Positions 62,201 through 64,000 of a stretch of 64,000 nucleotides of DNA are shown here, one piece after another; positions within the stretch are counted from its first letter, which is position 1; every line of letters begins with the position of its first letter. Both the position numbers and the translations under genes were made by a program. Under the pieces are notes generated by a model that was given only the letters and a program-made list of their open reading frames with translations, did not search any database and was not told the origin of the DNA. The stretch covers positions 7,688,001-7,752,000 of the forward strand of contig CM060732.1 in NCBI GenBank assembly GCA_030704615.1, written 5' to 3'. The stretch is from Takakia lepidozioides. Lineage: Eukaryota; Plantae; Bryophyta.

Positions 62201-64000
62201 CCCACAACCACTTCCGAGGTGGTATGTGCCCATAACCACTGGACTACAGCTTGGTTGTAGCCAAACCCATTACCCTCCGCGTAGAATTGCTCCATCCCCA
62301 GGGACAGTTTCACACGCACGTGGCAGTAGAAGAGGAAGCAAATGGTGGCACGCGCGGACAGGTGGCGTAAAAACAGAGTAGGCGTATTGCCTCAGCGCCG
62401 TAAATGCAGGATCAGCGTATCTGCACATTACGATTCTCCGAATTCCGTGGACAGTTCTCGGCCGCTGGATATGTAACTGCGAGGCTAACGTGGACAGTTC
62501 GGAAGCCGTTAGATGCTCGCGGACGTGGTTTTGACTTTGATCTGCGCTGTTAATATAGGCACGTTACTCATGGACGGGCCTCCGGTTAGGTTATCATGGG
62601 ATAAATATAATATTCCGCCATAACACTCCCTGACAGCTAGACCTCCAGAATTGAACTCTGGACCGTTTTTGGATGATGGAAAAATACAGAGCCCTTAACT
62701 TATGGGATTTGGTGGACTTGTCGTCGTCGTTCAATGGCCCACCGCCACCCCACTTTATTTATTCCTTCTACTCTCTACGACGTGTATCATTGCGTACTGT
62801 ATATAGTAGTTCGTAAATATAGCAGGACACCGAAAATCTCACATTCATCCTCGGCTGGCGGTGTTCTAGCGAGACTAACCAAGACTAAACATAGCGAAGG
62901 CGGGGCGAGGAGGCGGGTTGTTAGCGGGGCATAGGATACTTTAGTGGCACGCCCACCGCCAAGCCGCACACTTTGGAGGCGCCTCTTAATATTGCCCGGC
63001 GCGGCCGGTAAATATTAGTTACACAGGCCCTTACTCTTGAGGGTTGCCGGGGTGTGGCCGTGGTTGCGCCACGTGAAGGGATATAACTCCCATTTATAGC
63101 CCGGGAGCTTATTTTACTACACTAGTCTGGAGACTACCGGCCCGCCGGGTCGGTCCTCAGTCCTCACCGCCGCCTGCCGGTGCGGCGCCATGGCGTGAAC
63201 GTAGTAGTGGGGACGTGAAAAGTGAAATCAACCGGCTGACGAGCAGCGCTGCAGAGTACAGTCTGTGCACTTGGGAGCTGCCACGTGCCGAACGATTCGC
63301 AGTAAGAGATTCATGGAGGGATCGTGGGTCCTATGCAGTGTTTTTTTTAAGAAATTTGGAAAACAGCACGAGTGGCTACAGAGTTTTGCTGGAAATAGCC
63401 ATTTATTCTGTTCATCCACTATAATTCATCTACTTATGTGCCATCATCCATATATATCATCCATATTTGGCGAATTCATCCATAATGTTTTTATTTGGAG
63501 GAATTTGGCGATTTCATCCATGAAAAAACAGTGGATTTGCGACAGAATATTCGATTTTATTTTTTGAGGTCGAAATCTGGCGATTATTCGCCACTAAAAG
63601 AATGGCTGGTCCTATGGGCGTCGGACTGCTCACCGAGAATCTTGCGACGGGCGGTCCCCGGTCGCGGGCCATACATCATACTAGAGTGTCTGGGGCATGG
63701 GCAGCGTAGTAGTCAAACGCGACTCGACCGGGTGGTAAATAATCGATCGTACCGTGCGCTTCATTATTGCTGCCACTTATCAAACAGTCGTGAGGCTCCA
63801 ACAACACGTATAGTGTATAGTATATAGTATATAGTATAGTACAGTAAGATACTAACATGACGTAAAAATGTGGGTCGACCGCAGATTCGATATTCAATAT
63901 TTCACGATTGTGGCGACTGCCAGTTTTGCGTTGGAAGAAGGTCGAGGTTTATGACGCCTGCGCGAGGCTGCCCAGCACGACAGAGGAATATGGACGTACT

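Noticed and set aside
63200-63208. CACTA terminus (gtagtagtg), and similar cactac/gtagtg words at 50700-50960 and ~11748
   Set aside because: They lack the adjoining A/T run and subterminal repeats seen at 35158 and 43927.

Overview
Eukaryotic, TE-dense DNA, most likely from a land plant (bryophyte/lycophyte-like importin-alpha N-terminus, GT-AG introns; the taxon is inferred). Only one host-type block is present: a divergent V-ATPase subunit G (-) / importin-alpha (+) gene pair at 21.5-27.2 kb, and both genes are damaged. The rest is a mosaic of broken mobile elements: MULE-type GCM/DDE/SWIM transposases, a hAT element, CACTA ends with a transposase fragment, Copia and Gypsy pol fragments, a tRNA-derived SINE and a Dualen/RandI-like LINE, plus several palindromic tandem arrays. 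Three results stand out. (1) A spliced gene family, present as three broken copies interleaved with the MULE transposase, encodes a ParB/Srx-like N-terminal domain joined to a beta-class N4C/N6A DNA-methyltransferase-like domain. (2) The LINE carries RT, an intact chromodomain, an adenine-MTase-like segment, RNase H and a CCHC/PD-(D/E)xK endonuclease. (3) A ~9 kb inversion (~2932-11986) can be undone on paper. Doing so restores a hAT element with TIRs and an 8-bp TSD, rejoins a Ulp1 SUMO-protease gene at a splice junction, and places a protein kinase and a RING-H2 gene back-to-back around one palindromic array. All domain calls come from motif recognition by eye; no database search was run.
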